The notes beneath the pieces are model-generated. The model saw only the letters and a program-made list of their open reading frames with translations. It did no database searches and had not been told where the DNA came from. From an uncultured Thermoplasmatales archaeon (GTDB lineage Archaea; Thermoplasmatota; E2; UBA202; DSCA01), in NCBI GenBank assembly GCA_964414415.1, contig CAYPWJ010000001.1:74701-138700 (forward strand): a stretch of 64,000 bases of DNA. The letters run 5' to 3'. Shown here piece by piece: positions 18,224-29,200 of this stretch. Numbering within the stretch: position 1 is the stretch's first letter; every line of letters begins with the position of its first letter. The position numbers and the translations under genes were made by a program.

Positions 18224-19377
18224 CAGACCCCCATGCCGATGCGGAGCAGGTCGCGCAGTCCCGGCGACAGTCCGAGGACGAGCACGAACAGCTTTATCAG
18301 CCCCCGGAGCGTCTTCCTGCCCCGGAGCTCCTCTCGGAGATAGACGTCCAGCGCGTAGACGATGCCGAGGACGATGCCGAGCTTGGCCAGCGGGTACCCG
18401 ATGCCGCCGCCGTGCTCCATCAACATCTCGGGGATGGGATGTTTCTCCTGGTAGCCGATGCCCATGCCCAGCGGGTCGACCACGGCCAGGTAGCTCACCC
18501 AGCCGTCTATCATGTGACCGAAGACGAGCGCCAGGTTGACCATCGAGGTGCCGGGGCGCCATCCCTGCCATCGCGACAGCGTGTAGACCAGCCCGGTGAC
18601 GCCGACGGCGAGCGCTGCGACGAGCGGCAGGATCACCATGTGGACGTCGCCGGGGATGCGGCTCCACTGGTATCCGAGCATCCAGCGGCCGACGAGATAC
18701 AGCGTGGGGAGCAGCAGGAAGAGCCCGACGGTGAACAGCCCGCTCGTCGTCTCGTGGGGCAGCAGCTCGTAGCAGGCGACGGCGGCGAGGGCGAACGCGG
18801 CGACCAGGAGCGGTGAGAGCGGCGCCCCAATCCATCCGTCGAGCAGGAGAGATGCCGCGGTGTAGGCGGCGACGAGGAGCGCCAGCGATGCAGCATGGAT
18901 CTGCCGTCCGCTGCGGCGGGACGCCCGGCCGGCGAGGATGCCGACGGCCAGGCCGACGGCGAGGTAGACACCGATCTGGATGTAGATGACCGGCGAGATG
19001 AACAGGTAGGCGAGCGGCCGCTGGAACAGCCCGCTGTCCTCCAGCGCGCGGAGCGTCGCGCCGAGCACGATGTAGGGCGACGTGCCGGCGATGAACCGTG
19101 CGTCGACTTCGATGTCCAGCCGCCGGAACACGCGGTACATCCCGTAGAACGCGACGAGGAGGAACAGCCCGTATACGAGCTCGGAGAGCACCGTGTAGCC
19201 CGGCGCTGCCTCGACGCCGTGATAGCTGACCGGGTGTCCGACGGCGTCGGCGACGACCGGGCCGACGAAGTACTTCCAGATGAAGCTGTCGTAGACCAGC
19301 CCGGGGGCGAGCAGCAGCGCTGCGATGAACGCTCCCGTGACGGCGGCTGCAGCGACGGCGATGGTCCGGCGGTGCAT
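18223..19377 (-). CDS. DUF63-family polytopic membrane protein (archaea-specific)
   Basis: 384 aa, about 10 TM helices. Conserved YLREE region near the C-terminus. Confidence 0.7.
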   Translation of the reverse strand: MHRRTIAVAAAAVTGAFIAALLLAPGLVYDSFIWKYFVGPVVADAVGHPVSYHGVEAAPGYTVLSELVYGLFLLVAFYGMYRVFRRLDIEVDARFIAGTSPYIVLGATLRALEDSGLFQRPLAYLFISPVIYIQIGVYLAVGLAVGILAGRASRRSGRQIHAASLALLVAAYTAASLLLDGWIGAPLSPLLVAAFALAAVACYELLPHETTSGLFTVGLFLLLPTLYLVGRWMLGYQWSRIPGDVHMVILPLVAALAVGVTGLVYTLSRWQGWRPGTSMVNLALVFGHMIDGWVSYLAVVDPLGMGIGYQEKHPIPEMLMEHGGGIGYPLAKLGIVLGIVYALDVYLREELRGRKTLRGLIKLFVLVLGLSPGLRDLLRIGMGV

Positions 19378-19476
19378 CTATTGGGAAACAGCCACGCTTA
19401 ATAAAGCGTTGGTTCCATGCTTTGCCGGAGTCCCCGCGGTACAAAACGTTAAAAAGGAGTCCTGTGTTTCCCTGCC

Positions 19477-19617
19477 ATGGCACGGTTCCCTGAAGCCGAG
19501 GAACGGATCCTCAACAAGCTCATCTGCATGAAGTGCAACGCCCGTAATCCGCCGAAGGCCAAGCGCTGCCGCCGGTGTAAGTCGCCGCATCTCCGTCAGA
19601 AGTCACGTGGCGCCTAG
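19477..19617 (+). CDS. rpl40e: 50S ribosomal protein L40e
   Basis: 46 aa: [46 protein letters not shown], the C4 zinc-ribbon L40e signature. Not in the track because it is below the 60-aa cut-off. The region contains a near-palindromic ACGCTTAATAAAGCGT (19394-19409). Confidence 0.8.
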   Translation: MARFPEAEERILNKLICMKCNARNPPKAKRCRRCKSPHLRQKSRGA

Positions 19618-21599
19618 TCGTTGGACGGGCAGTCGGGATTGGCGCACCTCGTCCATTTTCCCTTGTATATGGTGGTTACGAGCGGCGCGCCGCATTCGTC
19701 GCATTGTTCGCCGGCGTAGAACACGCGTCCTTTCTGCGGCAGCGGGTAGCTCGTCGTGCAGTCGGGGTAGTTGTCGCAGCCGATGAAGCGCTTGCCGCGC
19801 CGCGACCGGATGCGCATGAGGTTGCCGCCACAGGTGGGGCATTTCCCCATGTAGCGCTGTTTGAACATGGCTTCCTGGATGACCTCGCCGATGACGTCTT
19901 TTCGCTGCTGCAGCTGGCGGAGCGCCTGTTTGAGGAGCCGGCGGGAGTCCTGGACGACTTGCTCGAGTGTCTTGTCGCCCTCGGCGATCTCGTTCATCTC
20001 TTCTTCGAGCTCGGCGGTCATGTCGGGCTTGGTGATCCGCTCGGCGCTCTGCTCCAACGCTTCGATGACGGCGCGGCCGGTCGGTGTCGGCTTCAGCCAT
20101 TTCCCGGTGATGTAGTTCCGGGCGTAGAGCTTGCCGATGATGTTGTGTCTGGTTGACTTGGTGCCGAGGTTGTTTTTTTCCATCATGGCGAGGAGGGAGC
20201 CCTGCCCGTAGCGGCGCGGCGGCTTTGTCTCGTCCCGGTGTTTCGTGATGTCGTCGACGCTGACGACCTCGCCCTCGGTGAGGTGGAGCGGCTGTTCTTT
20301 TTTGTTGTAGTGCGGGTAGATGGCCCGCCAGTTGGCTTCGAGCAGCTCGTATCCCTCCGCCGTAAATGCTTCGCTGGCGATGTCGAGCTCGGCGGTGGAC
20401 ACGGCGGCTACGGCGTCCTCGGTCAGCGTGGCGAGGAACCTGCGGACGATGAGTTCGTAGATGCGCCATTCCTGTTTGTTGAGTTTGTCGCGTGTGGCTG
20501 TGCCGACGGGATGGATCGGCGGGTGGTCTTTGCTGAATTTTTTGCCCCGCGTCGGCTTGTCCCGTCGTTTTTCCCGGGTGAGTTCGACGTCGTCGGAGAA
20601 GACCTTCGTGAGCTTGTCGAGGATGCTCTTGATGGGCAGCCCGGGCGGGTAGACGGTGTTGTCCGTCCTGGGATACGAGATGTAGCCGCGCATGTAGAGC
20701 GACTCCGCGGTCTTCATGGCTGCGCCGGCGGAGAAGCCCAGCCGGGATGCCTGCCGGAGGAACGTCGTGGTGTTGAATGGCGACGGTGGATACTCGCTTT
20801 TTTCTTCGCGCTCGTAGCGTGTGACGGTGCCTGCGTCGGCCTGCGATATTTTTTTGTAGATAGCCGCGGCGTCGTCTTTATCCCAGAATTTGCCGTGTTT
20901 GTGCTCTGCCTTGAAGGAGACGTCGTCGCTGCAGGAGGCGATGAGCCGCCAGTAGGGCGTCGGCGTGAAGGCCTCCCGTTCTTTTTCCCGGTCGACGATC
21001 AACGCCAGGGTGGGCGACTGGACGCGTCCGACGGACAGGAAGTCCTTTCCGAGCTGGTTGGACGCCAGCGAGATGAAGCGGGTGAGCGTGGCGCCCCAGG
21101 CGAGATCGATGATGCGCCGCGCTTCGGCAGATGCCGAGAGGTTACGGTCGAGGCCGCCGGTGTCGTCGAACGCCCCCCGGATTTCGTAGGGCATCAGGGA
21201 GCTGAACGTGGCGCGCTCCACCTGGTGGGTGCCGTTGAGCAGGTCGACGCCTTCGACGCCGATGAGTTCACCCTCGCGGTCGTAGTCGGTGGCGACGATG
21301 ACGCGCTCTGCGTCGTCGGCGAGTTTTTCGAGCGCTGAGGCGATGCGCCGGTTGCTGGTCTTCCGGACGGGTTCGACGTCGACGAGGTCCAGCGGTGAGA
21401 CCTCGCTCCATCGATTGTATTGTTTGGGATAGTCGAGGGAGACGATGTGGCCGCGCAGCCCGATGACCTTCCATGTGCCGTCGTTGAACGTGTAGCAGGG
21501 GACACCGTTTATCCGGCTGCGCGTTGATTCGCCGTCGGACAGGATGTAGGCGATGCGGCTGGCGGCCATGTTTTTCTCGCAGATGACGAGCGTGTTCAT
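19614..21599 (-). CDS. topA: DNA topoisomerase I (type IA, archaeal TopA) with C-terminal zinc-ribbon repeats
   Basis: 661 aa. Toprim N-terminal domain (VICEKNMAA...DYDREGE). Active-site region ([10 protein letters not shown]). C-terminal Cys4 fingers (CPTCGG...CDNYPDC, CDECG...CANPDC). Confidence 0.85.
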   Translation of the reverse strand: MNTLVICEKNMAASRIAYILSDGESTRSRINGVPCYTFNDGTWKVIGLRGHIVSLDYPKQYNRWSEVSPLDLVDVEPVRKTSNRRIASALEKLADDAERVIVATDYDREGELIGVEGVDLLNGTHQVERATFSSLMPYEIRGAFDDTGGLDRNLSASAEARRIIDLAWGATLTRFISLASNQLGKDFLSVGRVQSPTLALIVDREKEREAFTPTPYWRLIASCSDDVSFKAEHKHGKFWDKDDAAAIYKKISQADAGTVTRYEREEKSEYPPSPFNTTTFLRQASRLGFSAGAAMKTAESLYMRGYISYPRTDNTVYPPGLPIKSILDKLTKVFSDDVELTREKRRDKPTRGKKFSKDHPPIHPVGTATRDKLNKQEWRIYELIVRRFLATLTEDAVAAVSTAELDIASEAFTAEGYELLEANWRAIYPHYNKKEQPLHLTEGEVVSVDDITKHRDETKPPRRYGQGSLLAMMEKNNLGTKSTRHNIIGKLYARNYITGKWLKPTPTGRAVIEALEQSAERITKPDMTAELEEEMNEIAEGDKTLEQVVQDSRRLLKQALRQLQQRKDVIGEVIQEAMFKQRYMGKCPTCGGNLMRIRSRRGKRFIGCDNYPDCTTSYPLPQKGRVFYAGEQCDECGAPLVTTIYKGKWTRCANPDCPSND

Positions 21600-22903
21600 T
21601 GTCGTGCTAACACCTCATTGAGTTTTTCAAGAAAAGCGTTTTCCTTCTCCCGGGGGATGGTGGCGCCTGCCGCCACGGGGTGTCCGCCGCCTGTGCCGCC
21701 GACAGCCGTCGCTGCCTCATGCATTCCCTCAGCGAGGTCGAGGCCCCGTGCGACCAGCTGGGGGGTTCCCCTGCTCGATATGTCTATCTGGCCGTCCTGC
21801 GGCGACAGCGCGATGACGGGCCTGTCGGGGGGAAAATGCGGCAGATACTCCATGGAGAGGCCGGCTGCGACGCCCTTCAGCGTGGCGTCCTTGATGTGGA
21901 AGGCAGTGAAATGGCTGTATCGCTCCGGCTCTTCTTTCTCCAGGGTCTTCATCTCCTGGCGGATGCCGTCCCGGTAGCGCTGCTGCAGCTCGCTGGCTGT
22001 CTCTGCCGCATCCTGGCTGCCGAGGCAGAGTGCGACGCCGACGCCGGGACGGTTGCTCCGGGCGCAGGCGTTCATCTTTGACGTCAGATCGGCGAGTGTC
22101 CCGAACCGCTGGCCGACAGCCGTGCTGTAGATGAGCGTGACCTCGGCGGCCTGCTGCTCAAGGAGCTTGACGGCCAGCGCGGACAGCAGCTTTTTGTGTC
22201 CCGTGTCGGAGAGCTCCTGGAAGGGCTGCATCGGGTCTATGTCGAGGTCCTTGAGGAAGCGGATGGCGCCGCCGCCCCGGAAGCCCGTGAAATAGGGATC
22301 GATGGACTGCTCAAGGGCGTCCATGAGCGGCACATCCGGAGGGAACACGGGCTGTTCCTCCATAGAAACGACGTCGCTGTCGACGGCCCGCTGGAGCAAT
22401 TGTTCGTTGAGTCCCTCGAAGCCGCCGACGTGCTGCCGGTCGCCGATGGCGCCCGCCAGGGCGAGCTCCGCCAGGTCGAGGTTGTCGCCGTCGACGGCGA
22501 GCGCGAGCGCCAGGCTGGCGGTGGCGCCGCAGGCCTCCCGGCTGCCGTCCATCCCGTAGCTCCGGACGTTGAGGTTGATGCCCTCGTCGAGGCTCCCGTC
22601 GATGACGTGGTGGTCGGCGAGGATGACCCGGCAGGGCAGCCCGTTGAGCTCCTCCAGGTTGCCGCTGCCGATGTCGCAGAAGACAGCGAGGTCATGCTCG
22701 TCTGTGACCCCGTCAGCGACCCCGCTGCCGGTATGCCGGATGGAGACGTGGTAGCGGAGACCGAGGCGGGTGAGCGTGACCGCCATGACCGCCGCGGCGG
22801 CGATGCCGTCTGCATCGCTGTGAGAGATGACTCTGACCCGGGCGCCCGGCTGCAGGGAGCGTATCAGGTCAGCGGCATGGTCAGCCGCCTGCTCAAAATC
22901 CAT
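21596..22903 (-). CDS. DHH/DHHA1 phosphoesterase, archaeal RecJ-like/GAN-type nuclease
   Basis: Start at MDFEQAADH (M119 of the track ORF). DHH motifs (ISHSDADGIAAA, ILADHH) and DHHA1 GGGH. The 118-codon upstream extension in the track is an artefact; it lies 22 nt beyond the stop of the neighbouring large gene. Confidence 0.75.
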   Translation of the reverse strand: MDFEQAADHAADLIRSLQPGARVRVISHSDADGIAAAAVMAVTLTRLGLRYHVSIRHTGSGVADGVTDEHDLAVFCDIGSGNLEELNGLPCRVILADHHVIDGSLDEGINLNVRSYGMDGSREACGATASLALALAVDGDNLDLAELALAGAIGDRQHVGGFEGLNEQLLQRAVDSDVVSMEEQPVFPPDVPLMDALEQSIDPYFTGFRGGGAIRFLKDLDIDPMQPFQELSDTGHKKLLSALAVKLLEQQAAEVTLIYSTAVGQRFGTLADLTSKMNACARSNRPGVGVALCLGSQDAAETASELQQRYRDGIRQEMKTLEKEEPERYSHFTAFHIKDATLKGVAAGLSMEYLPHFPPDRPVIALSPQDGQIDISSRGTPQLVARGLDLAEGMHEAATAVGGTGGGHPVAAGATIPREKENAFLEKLNEVLARQ

Positions 22904-22925
22904 GCCGGATACATCGGCTGCGGTA

Positions 22926-25900
22926 TTAAAATGTTGGGATACGCCCGTGGAGCCAGCGGAGTCCACGTGCGATGACGCCACGGGCGCCGGACAGGAGCAC
23001 CGCGATGCCTGCCACGGCGAGCCAGAAGCCCAGCGCGGGCATCCAGCTCGCCGCCACGCGTGCGCTGCCGATGCCGGGCAACGCCAGGGCGACCCGGCCG
23101 CTGCCCCACAGACTGCCCGTGACGACCGCGGCGGCCATCGACATCCCGACGGTGAAGAGAGCGACGGCCAGCGATGCAGCGAGCAACGCAAGCAGGGGAA
23201 GCCACCGCCACCGCTCCAAATAGAGGAGGTGGAGCACGAGCAGCACGCCGGCGGCAAGCGTGAGCGCCGCGACGACGGTGCCCATCGCGGCGAAGAGCGA
23301 CGGCAGCCCCGCTATGTCACCGCCCATGTAGCCCGTGTCGCTGCCCAGCGTGACCATCTTCGCCGGCAGCAGATAGACGCTCGACGCTACGTCAAGGCCG
23401 TCGCTGCCGCCGTGGAGCTGCCACCACGTGTGCAGCGGAGCGACGAGCAGCAACACCGCAGCGGCAAGATACGCGGCGCGCTGCAGGGTCAGCCGCCGGC
23501 GCAGCAGGTATACCATGGCGCCGGCTGCAGCGATGACGATGACTGTGCCCAGCAGTGGATACAGCGGCTGCTTCGCTGTAACGAGATCGACCGACGTGGC
23601 TGCGGTGACGAAGACGTCGCGCTCCCCGACGACGTCGCCGCCGCTGCGCGCCACTATGTGGTAGCTGCCGGGCGGGAGCTCCGTTGCCTCAATCTGGTGG
23701 CCGTTTCGGGTTATCGCGATGCTGCAGTCCTGCCGCATCCCCCGGCTGTTGCGGCATGCCACCTCGAGCTGGTAGGCGGCGGGAAACGTCACCGTGACGT
23801 GGCTGCCGGGTATCTCGACGTCCCGCTCAAGGGTGAATGACTTGTAGCGGACGCGCAGCGTGTACGACGCGGCTGGCAGCCGCTCGAAACGATAGCAGCC
23901 GTTGCTGCGCTGCTCACCCGTGAGCAACGTGGATGTTACCATTTCGCCGCTTGTCAGGACGGGCTGCAGCTGGACGCCGGGCGGCATCCCCAGCGTGTCG
24001 CGGATGGTGACGTCGAGGCTGTGGAACGCCGCCGTCAGCGCGACGCCGCCGGGGTGCGGCAGCCGTATCTGCTGTTCGTGGAGGACGAAGCCCCGGTGGC
24101 GTGCCTGCAGGGTGTAGGCGGCGGGCATCGGCGCCCGGAGCGCCGCGGTGCCGTCGCTGCCGGTGACGTTTGAGGCAACCGTGGCATCCTGGCTGAGCAG
24201 CCGGATGTCTATGCCTTCGATGCCGTCGCCGTGCTGGTCGCGCATCGCCACCCGGAGGATGCCCTCAAGCCGGCAGATGACCCGGGTCGACATGTCGCCG
24301 GTGAGCTCGATGGCCTTGGTGCCGATGTACCGCCGGCCGTCGAGGCCGCCCTTTACCTTGACGACGTAGAAGCCGGCGGCGACGCGGGGAAACACGGCGG
24401 TTTTGAACAGCGATGCATTGCCGAGGTCGAGGCCCAATGGAGCGCCGACGTCGAGCGGGATGCGGCTTGCCACACCCGAGGATACCATGGTGCCATTCCG
24501 CCAGAGCTCGACCGTCGTCGCGGGCAGCTGCCGGCCGGTGATGAGGGACAATGCGGGTGCGAGCGGCAGCGATGGCGCCAGGTGCGTCGTCACGCTCAGG
24601 CGGTGGCGCTCGCCCGCCTGACCGGTGATGCCGGTGCCGCTGCACAGCCGGCATTCTTTCAGCTGCTCGAACGCCGTGACCTCTCGCTTGACGGCGGTGA
24701 CGCCGTCCTGCTGGGTGGCGTAGAACGCCGATGTAAACGTTGCGGTGAACCCGGCCGGGATCGTCAGGTCGTGGCTGCCGCCTCGCTCGTAGGCGTTCCT
24801 GCCGAGGCTGATGCCGCCGCCGTCGACCTCGAGCCCGGGGACGCTGACTTCCTGCCGGCCGACCGCCCGGACCTGCATGCCGGGCAGGGCGGGAGCAGGC
24901 GACGTGGTGTTGAAGAGCAGTGCGTAGGCGGTGCCGCTGTCGCCGCTGTCGATGGAGACCCAGGCGGGGCTCCCGACGTCGATGTCATCTTGGGTGTCGA
25001 GCAGCCATTTGTAATCCGTCGATTCGGGGTTCTGGTCGAGCCGGTATTCGTGGACGATGTGGTCCTCGGTGTTGACGTGGAGATACGGCGGGATCTCCCC
25101 GAGGTTGAGCCGGTCGATCGACGAGCTCCGCGCCTTGACCGTCAGCAGATACGCGTAGACGCCGTCCTCGTTGGTGAGCCCATCTATCCGGCATCTCTCG
25201 CGGACGTGATGGGTGACTGAGGTCAGCAGTCGTTTTTCGCTGCCGGGGCTGTGGTAGTAGGTGTAGTAGGCCGTGGTCTCGACTTTGCCGCCGCGGCTGC
25301 TGCTCCGGATGCCGACCCGCGTCATCAGCGGGCCGTCGACCATGATTTGCTTGGACAGCAGCTTTTCGTCGGTGCCCCGGTCGCGGCCCTCGTACCAGAA
25401 GAACGCGTAGGAGGCAAGCTGCCCCCAGTTCTGGACCTCGAAGCGCTGCCGGCCGGGCAGCTGCTTGATGACCTTCTGAGCCATGTCGATGCCGAAGAAG
25501 TCACCCCGCTGGCCGACGCCGTAGACGAGGCTGCCGTCGTCGTGGATGCTGTAGTAGTCGAGGTCGATGCTGTAGCCGGGGACAGGCTCATAAAAATAGC
25601 TGCCCTCGGCGACGCTGACGTGGTCTTCGTAGCCGGGCGCTGCTGTCTCGCTACTGTCGTAGGCAAGGGTGTAGTCGCCGGGGCCGCGCAGGAGGAACAC
25701 GAGCTTGCACGCCGATATGTGTGCTGCATCGGTCCGCTCCAGGTCATATATCTGGCATTCCAGCTCCACGCTGCCCGTCCCGTCGTCATACAAAACCCGG
25801 ACTGCATGATTCCGGATGTCGGCGGCCCAGCACGGCTGCCGGAAGCGCACTCTGATGTCGACGGGCTGTCCCGTCATCTCCTCCGTCAGCTCGGGCAGCG

Positions 25901-26024
25901 TGATGTCCTGCCGGTACGGCATGTCCACGGGCTGCCCAGCGGCTGGCTGCACCAGTTCGCCGGGCCAGACCGGGGCGAGCAGGATCATGCTGACGATGAG
26001 GATAAACGCGCCTTTCCGGAGCAC
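22926..26024 (-). CDS. Large surface protein (1032 aa): signal peptide, repeated carboxypeptidase-regulatory/transthyretin-like beta-sandwich domains, C-terminal polytopic (about 8 TM) membrane domain
   Basis: N-terminal MLRKGAFILIVSMILLAPVWP. Several roughly 80-aa Ig-like repeats. A hydrophobic C-terminal third. Confidence 0.6.
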   Translation of the reverse strand: MLRKGAFILIVSMILLAPVWPGELVQPAAGQPVDMPYRQDITLPELTEEMTGQPVDIRVRFRQPCWAADIRNHAVRVLYDDGTGSVELECQIYDLERTDAAHISACKLVFLLRGPGDYTLAYDSSETAAPGYEDHVSVAEGSYFYEPVPGYSIDLDYYSIHDDGSLVYGVGQRGDFFGIDMAQKVIKQLPGRQRFEVQNWGQLASYAFFWYEGRDRGTDEKLLSKQIMVDGPLMTRVGIRSSSRGGKVETTAYYTYYHSPGSEKRLLTSVTHHVRERCRIDGLTNEDGVYAYLLTVKARSSSIDRLNLGEIPPYLHVNTEDHIVHEYRLDQNPESTDYKWLLDTQDDIDVGSPAWVSIDSGDSGTAYALLFNTTSPAPALPGMQVRAVGRQEVSVPGLEVDGGGISLGRNAYERGGSHDLTIPAGFTATFTSAFYATQQDGVTAVKREVTAFEQLKECRLCSGTGITGQAGERHRLSVTTHLAPSLPLAPALSLITGRQLPATTVELWRNGTMVSSGVASRIPLDVGAPLGLDLGNASLFKTAVFPRVAAGFYVVKVKGGLDGRRYIGTKAIELTGDMSTRVICRLEGILRVAMRDQHGDGIEGIDIRLLSQDATVASNVTGSDGTAALRAPMPAAYTLQARHRGFVLHEQQIRLPHPGGVALTAAFHSLDVTIRDTLGMPPGVQLQPVLTSGEMVTSTLLTGEQRSNGCYRFERLPAASYTLRVRYKSFTLERDVEIPGSHVTVTFPAAYQLEVACRNSRGMRQDCSIAITRNGHQIEATELPPGSYHIVARSGGDVVGERDVFVTAATSVDLVTAKQPLYPLLGTVIVIAAAGAMVYLLRRRLTLQRAAYLAAAVLLLVAPLHTWWQLHGGSDGLDVASSVYLLPAKMVTLGSDTGYMGGDIAGLPSLFAAMGTVVAALTLAAGVLLVLHLLYLERWRWLPLLALLAASLAVALFTVGMSMAAAVVTGSLWGSGRVALALPGIGSARVAASWMPALGFWLAVAGIAVLLSGARGVIARGLRWLHGRIPTF

Positions 26025-26079
26025 GACCGTTCATCCCCAGGGCGCTATAAGTGCTTTGTGGGATTTTTGTGGAAATAAT

Positions 26080-26132
26080 TTAACGCTACATTTTCACATT
26101 TTTTTTCTGTTTCCGGCAAAATGTAGCGGTAA
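26080..26132. repeat. 15-bp inverted repeat TTAACGCTACATTTT / AAAATGTAGCGgTAA (1 mismatch) separated by 23 nt. A third copy, TTTTGTAGCGTTAAG, lies at 26245-26259.
   Basis: Direct observation at the left edge of low-GC islet 2, immediately downstream of the RM gene. Confidence 0.5.
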
Positions 26133-26295
26133 CCATCACAAACGGCAAAAACAGCGATGCTCCTCATGACAGCGCCCCTTTTTCGAGACAAAACACCCCG
26201 ATATTTTTAGTTCTACATTTAACTATAAAAACCATATTTTACTATTTTGTAGCGTTAAGTACGGAGGGAAGGAAGGCGGCGATTATTCCGGCGCT

Positions 26296-29200
26296 TCAAA
26301 ACCTGTCGAGGAAGGTGTCGATGACGGCGATGTCGTCCTCGCTTTCTATGTTGTAGAGGTCGAACACCGTCTGGTTGAGTTTGTCTTCCAGTTCTGCAAC
26401 TGTCGGCATGTCTCTGAGTTTCCCGATGTCTTGGTCGTGCATCTCTAAAATCTGCTGTACCAACTCATTGTTCACTGGCACTCGGATGATTATCTCTTCT
26501 TCCTTCGACAGTTTTTTCCCGTTGAGCGTCCGGGCAATGTATTCATATTTTTCGTCCGTGTTGATACGGTAGTCGTCGATGTAGTCGTCTTTTCCCAGCT
26601 TTATTTTCTTTCCTTCATCGAGGCCGGTCTGGATGGATATGGATGCCTCGCGGTAATAACGCTTTGTTGTATGCCGTATCTCGAAGAATTCGTCCACTAC
26701 ATCTTTTTTCCGTAGCGCTGAGAAGTACGGTGTGGGAAACATGTCGATTTTGCGTTTCAACTCCTCGATGCCGACTATCTGTTCTGCCACTTCTTTAATC
26801 TCTTCTAGGAAATCGAGTTCCCCATCTTTTTCTGCTGTTTTGATTGGCAGGAGCTTGATATAGGCGTCTGCGTAGGAATACGACTTCCCCGCATAGATGG
26901 TGCTTATGTGCTTTAGATAAAAGTCTAGCAAACTCGAATTCAACAGGCCAGTTAAGTAAAATGGAAATTGCTTCTCAGATTTTAGCAGAATCCCATAAAT
27001 TCCTCCGCCCTTTCCTCCGCCCTGAAACACATACTTTGCCTCATTGTCGTAGCAGTAATCACCTTCCTGAGAATTGAGTTGAACAAGTATTTTCTTTTTG
27101 TCATATTTGTCCTTGCTTCGGGGGTACCCCATCCCGTACCATTTATGCTCTTGGTTTTTCCCTCTCCTGAATTTGCCGCCCTCGCGGCTTCTCAAATCAT
27201 CTTCTATGCTCTCAAGATAACTCCACCCCTTCGGATACAAGTCCTCGATATAGGTGTCGCCGTAGTCAAACTTGCCCTCATATTCCTTGGATGGAATCAG
27301 CTTGTATTTCTCCTCGCCGTCGATTACATACTGTTGATAGGGGAAGAGCACATACCACCCCTTCCAGTCAATACGCCAGCGTTCGACATCCTTGCCGAAA
27401 AGAAAAGGCCGTACCAGCCCTTTCTCCACCTCAACGGGGTCGCCACCGCCCTTTGGCCGGGCGACAATAGTGTCTTCCCTCTCTTCTATCAGTTGTAGCA
27501 CATAGAAGTCATCTTTGCTAGTTGAAACCCCTTGAAATCCTCCGCTTTTAGTTTTGGTGAAATCCTGTAAAAGACTGCATCCCTCTTCTATCTGGCTGAA
27601 AACCTTCCATTCATTTGGGGGCATCAGGTACCAGCCCTGGGCGCGGAGGTTGTCGTACGGGAAATAAAACGCATCCGAGAAGTCGCCGACGACGTGGCTG
27701 TCCCCGTTTTCCAATTGTTCAAAGCAATGTTCGACATCTGCTAGCAGCTCTTCCCCATCATCACTGTCCCTGAATACACGTGCAACCGGAAAGCGGTGCT
27801 GCCGTCGTGGTCCCTTCGAAAACACGAAAATCGCCGGGTAATTCAAGGCGTCCTCGAACACGCGGCTGTCCTTCATGTCCAGCAGCTTGTCTATCTGCGC
27901 CTGCTCGGGCAGCCCGGCACGCATCGGCTTGCCATAGTTGGTGAGCAAAAACCGGTTCGAGACGATGTAGCTCAGTTTCCCCGCATGGCCGCCCTTTATC
28001 CACTTCAATCCTCGCTCGATAAACGGAACAAAGATGTCATAGTTACCCTTTGCCCAGTCATAGCAGCCCGACCATCTATTCTTCTGTTTCTCCGGTATAT
28101 CCTGAATCCGAACGTAGGGAGGATTACCAACCACGAAGTCGTAGTCAACAAAGTTTTTCAACAACGCTGCCAGCAGCACATCCTCAATCGACTTCACCAG
28201 CCGTCCGTCCTCAAAGTCACTTTTCAGAAGTTTTATCTTCTCCAACAGGTCATAGGCGTAGTCCTCGAAAAACTCGGCCAGCAGGCTCCATTTCTTGTCC
28301 ACGAGGTAATGACGCAGGTTTCTTTCAAGTCGGTCAAGGTTCACCGACTCTCGCTCCTCAACTGCGTCACGTTTCACAGTGTCAAATACCGCCTGCAGCG
28401 CACCGAAGTATTCCTCTGTCCGCTGGATATCTGTATGTTCACGGACGGTTATGATGTCAGGGATACGGAAGTCATCTTCGAAAAACGTTCCCTCGTCGCC
28501 CTGCACCGGCAGTTCGATGGACATGGTAAACGTCTTCCCGACGCCAAAGTCAGTTATCTTCATCCGCCCGCTCTGCTGTTCCATCGCTAGGGAATCCGTC
28601 CGAAAGATCGGCAGCCGCTTTAACACAAAGCCCGGGTCTTCTTCCTTCGCCTTCCGATAGGTTGGGAGCAACGCGAGCGTGAACTGCACCTGCGCCATGA
28701 TGGTGGCAAACGGGTGGATGTCAAAGCCGACGATGTGATACCGGTTGCATAGCTCGTCAAGCACCTTCCCCCATCCATGCTGTTCTGCCTTACGCTTTGC
28801 ACCGTCCAGATACCGTTTCAACGCCTCGACGAGAAACGTACCTGAGCCGCAGGCGGGATCCAGCAGCCGTCTGTCGACCGTCTGCTCGCCGGTGTAGCCG
28901 ACGGAATCCAAGATATAGTCAACTACTTCCATCGGTGTATAGAATTCACCGAGCGCCTTCCTCGTCTCAGTATCGAAATAACGCTGGTAGAGGATACCCA
29001 GCGGGTCGCCCTCGACGCGCGAGAAATCAAACTTGTAGATGGCGAGCAGCAGCTTCGCAACGTTTTTTCCAAATGTCGACATCTGCAGAGTGGTATCGCT
29101 AAAGAACTGCTGGTAGCTACGCCGGTCAAATTCCTCTGTCCACCAGTAAAAAATATCCTCCTCGAACACAGACGCAATGAGCTTCTCTTGCATATCTCTG

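Noticed and set aside
18224-19483. Upper part of track ORF 17807..19483 (558 aa)
   Set aside because: Out-of-frame overlap of the DUF63 gene. Only its last 138 codons (the bPH-domain protein starting at the TGATG junction) are credible.
22904-23257. 118-codon N-terminal extension of the DHH nuclease ORF in the track
   Set aside because: Cys/Ser/Pro-rich low-complexity sequence. The DHH fold begins at MDFEQ (22903), which also sits just downstream of the neighbouring gene's stop.
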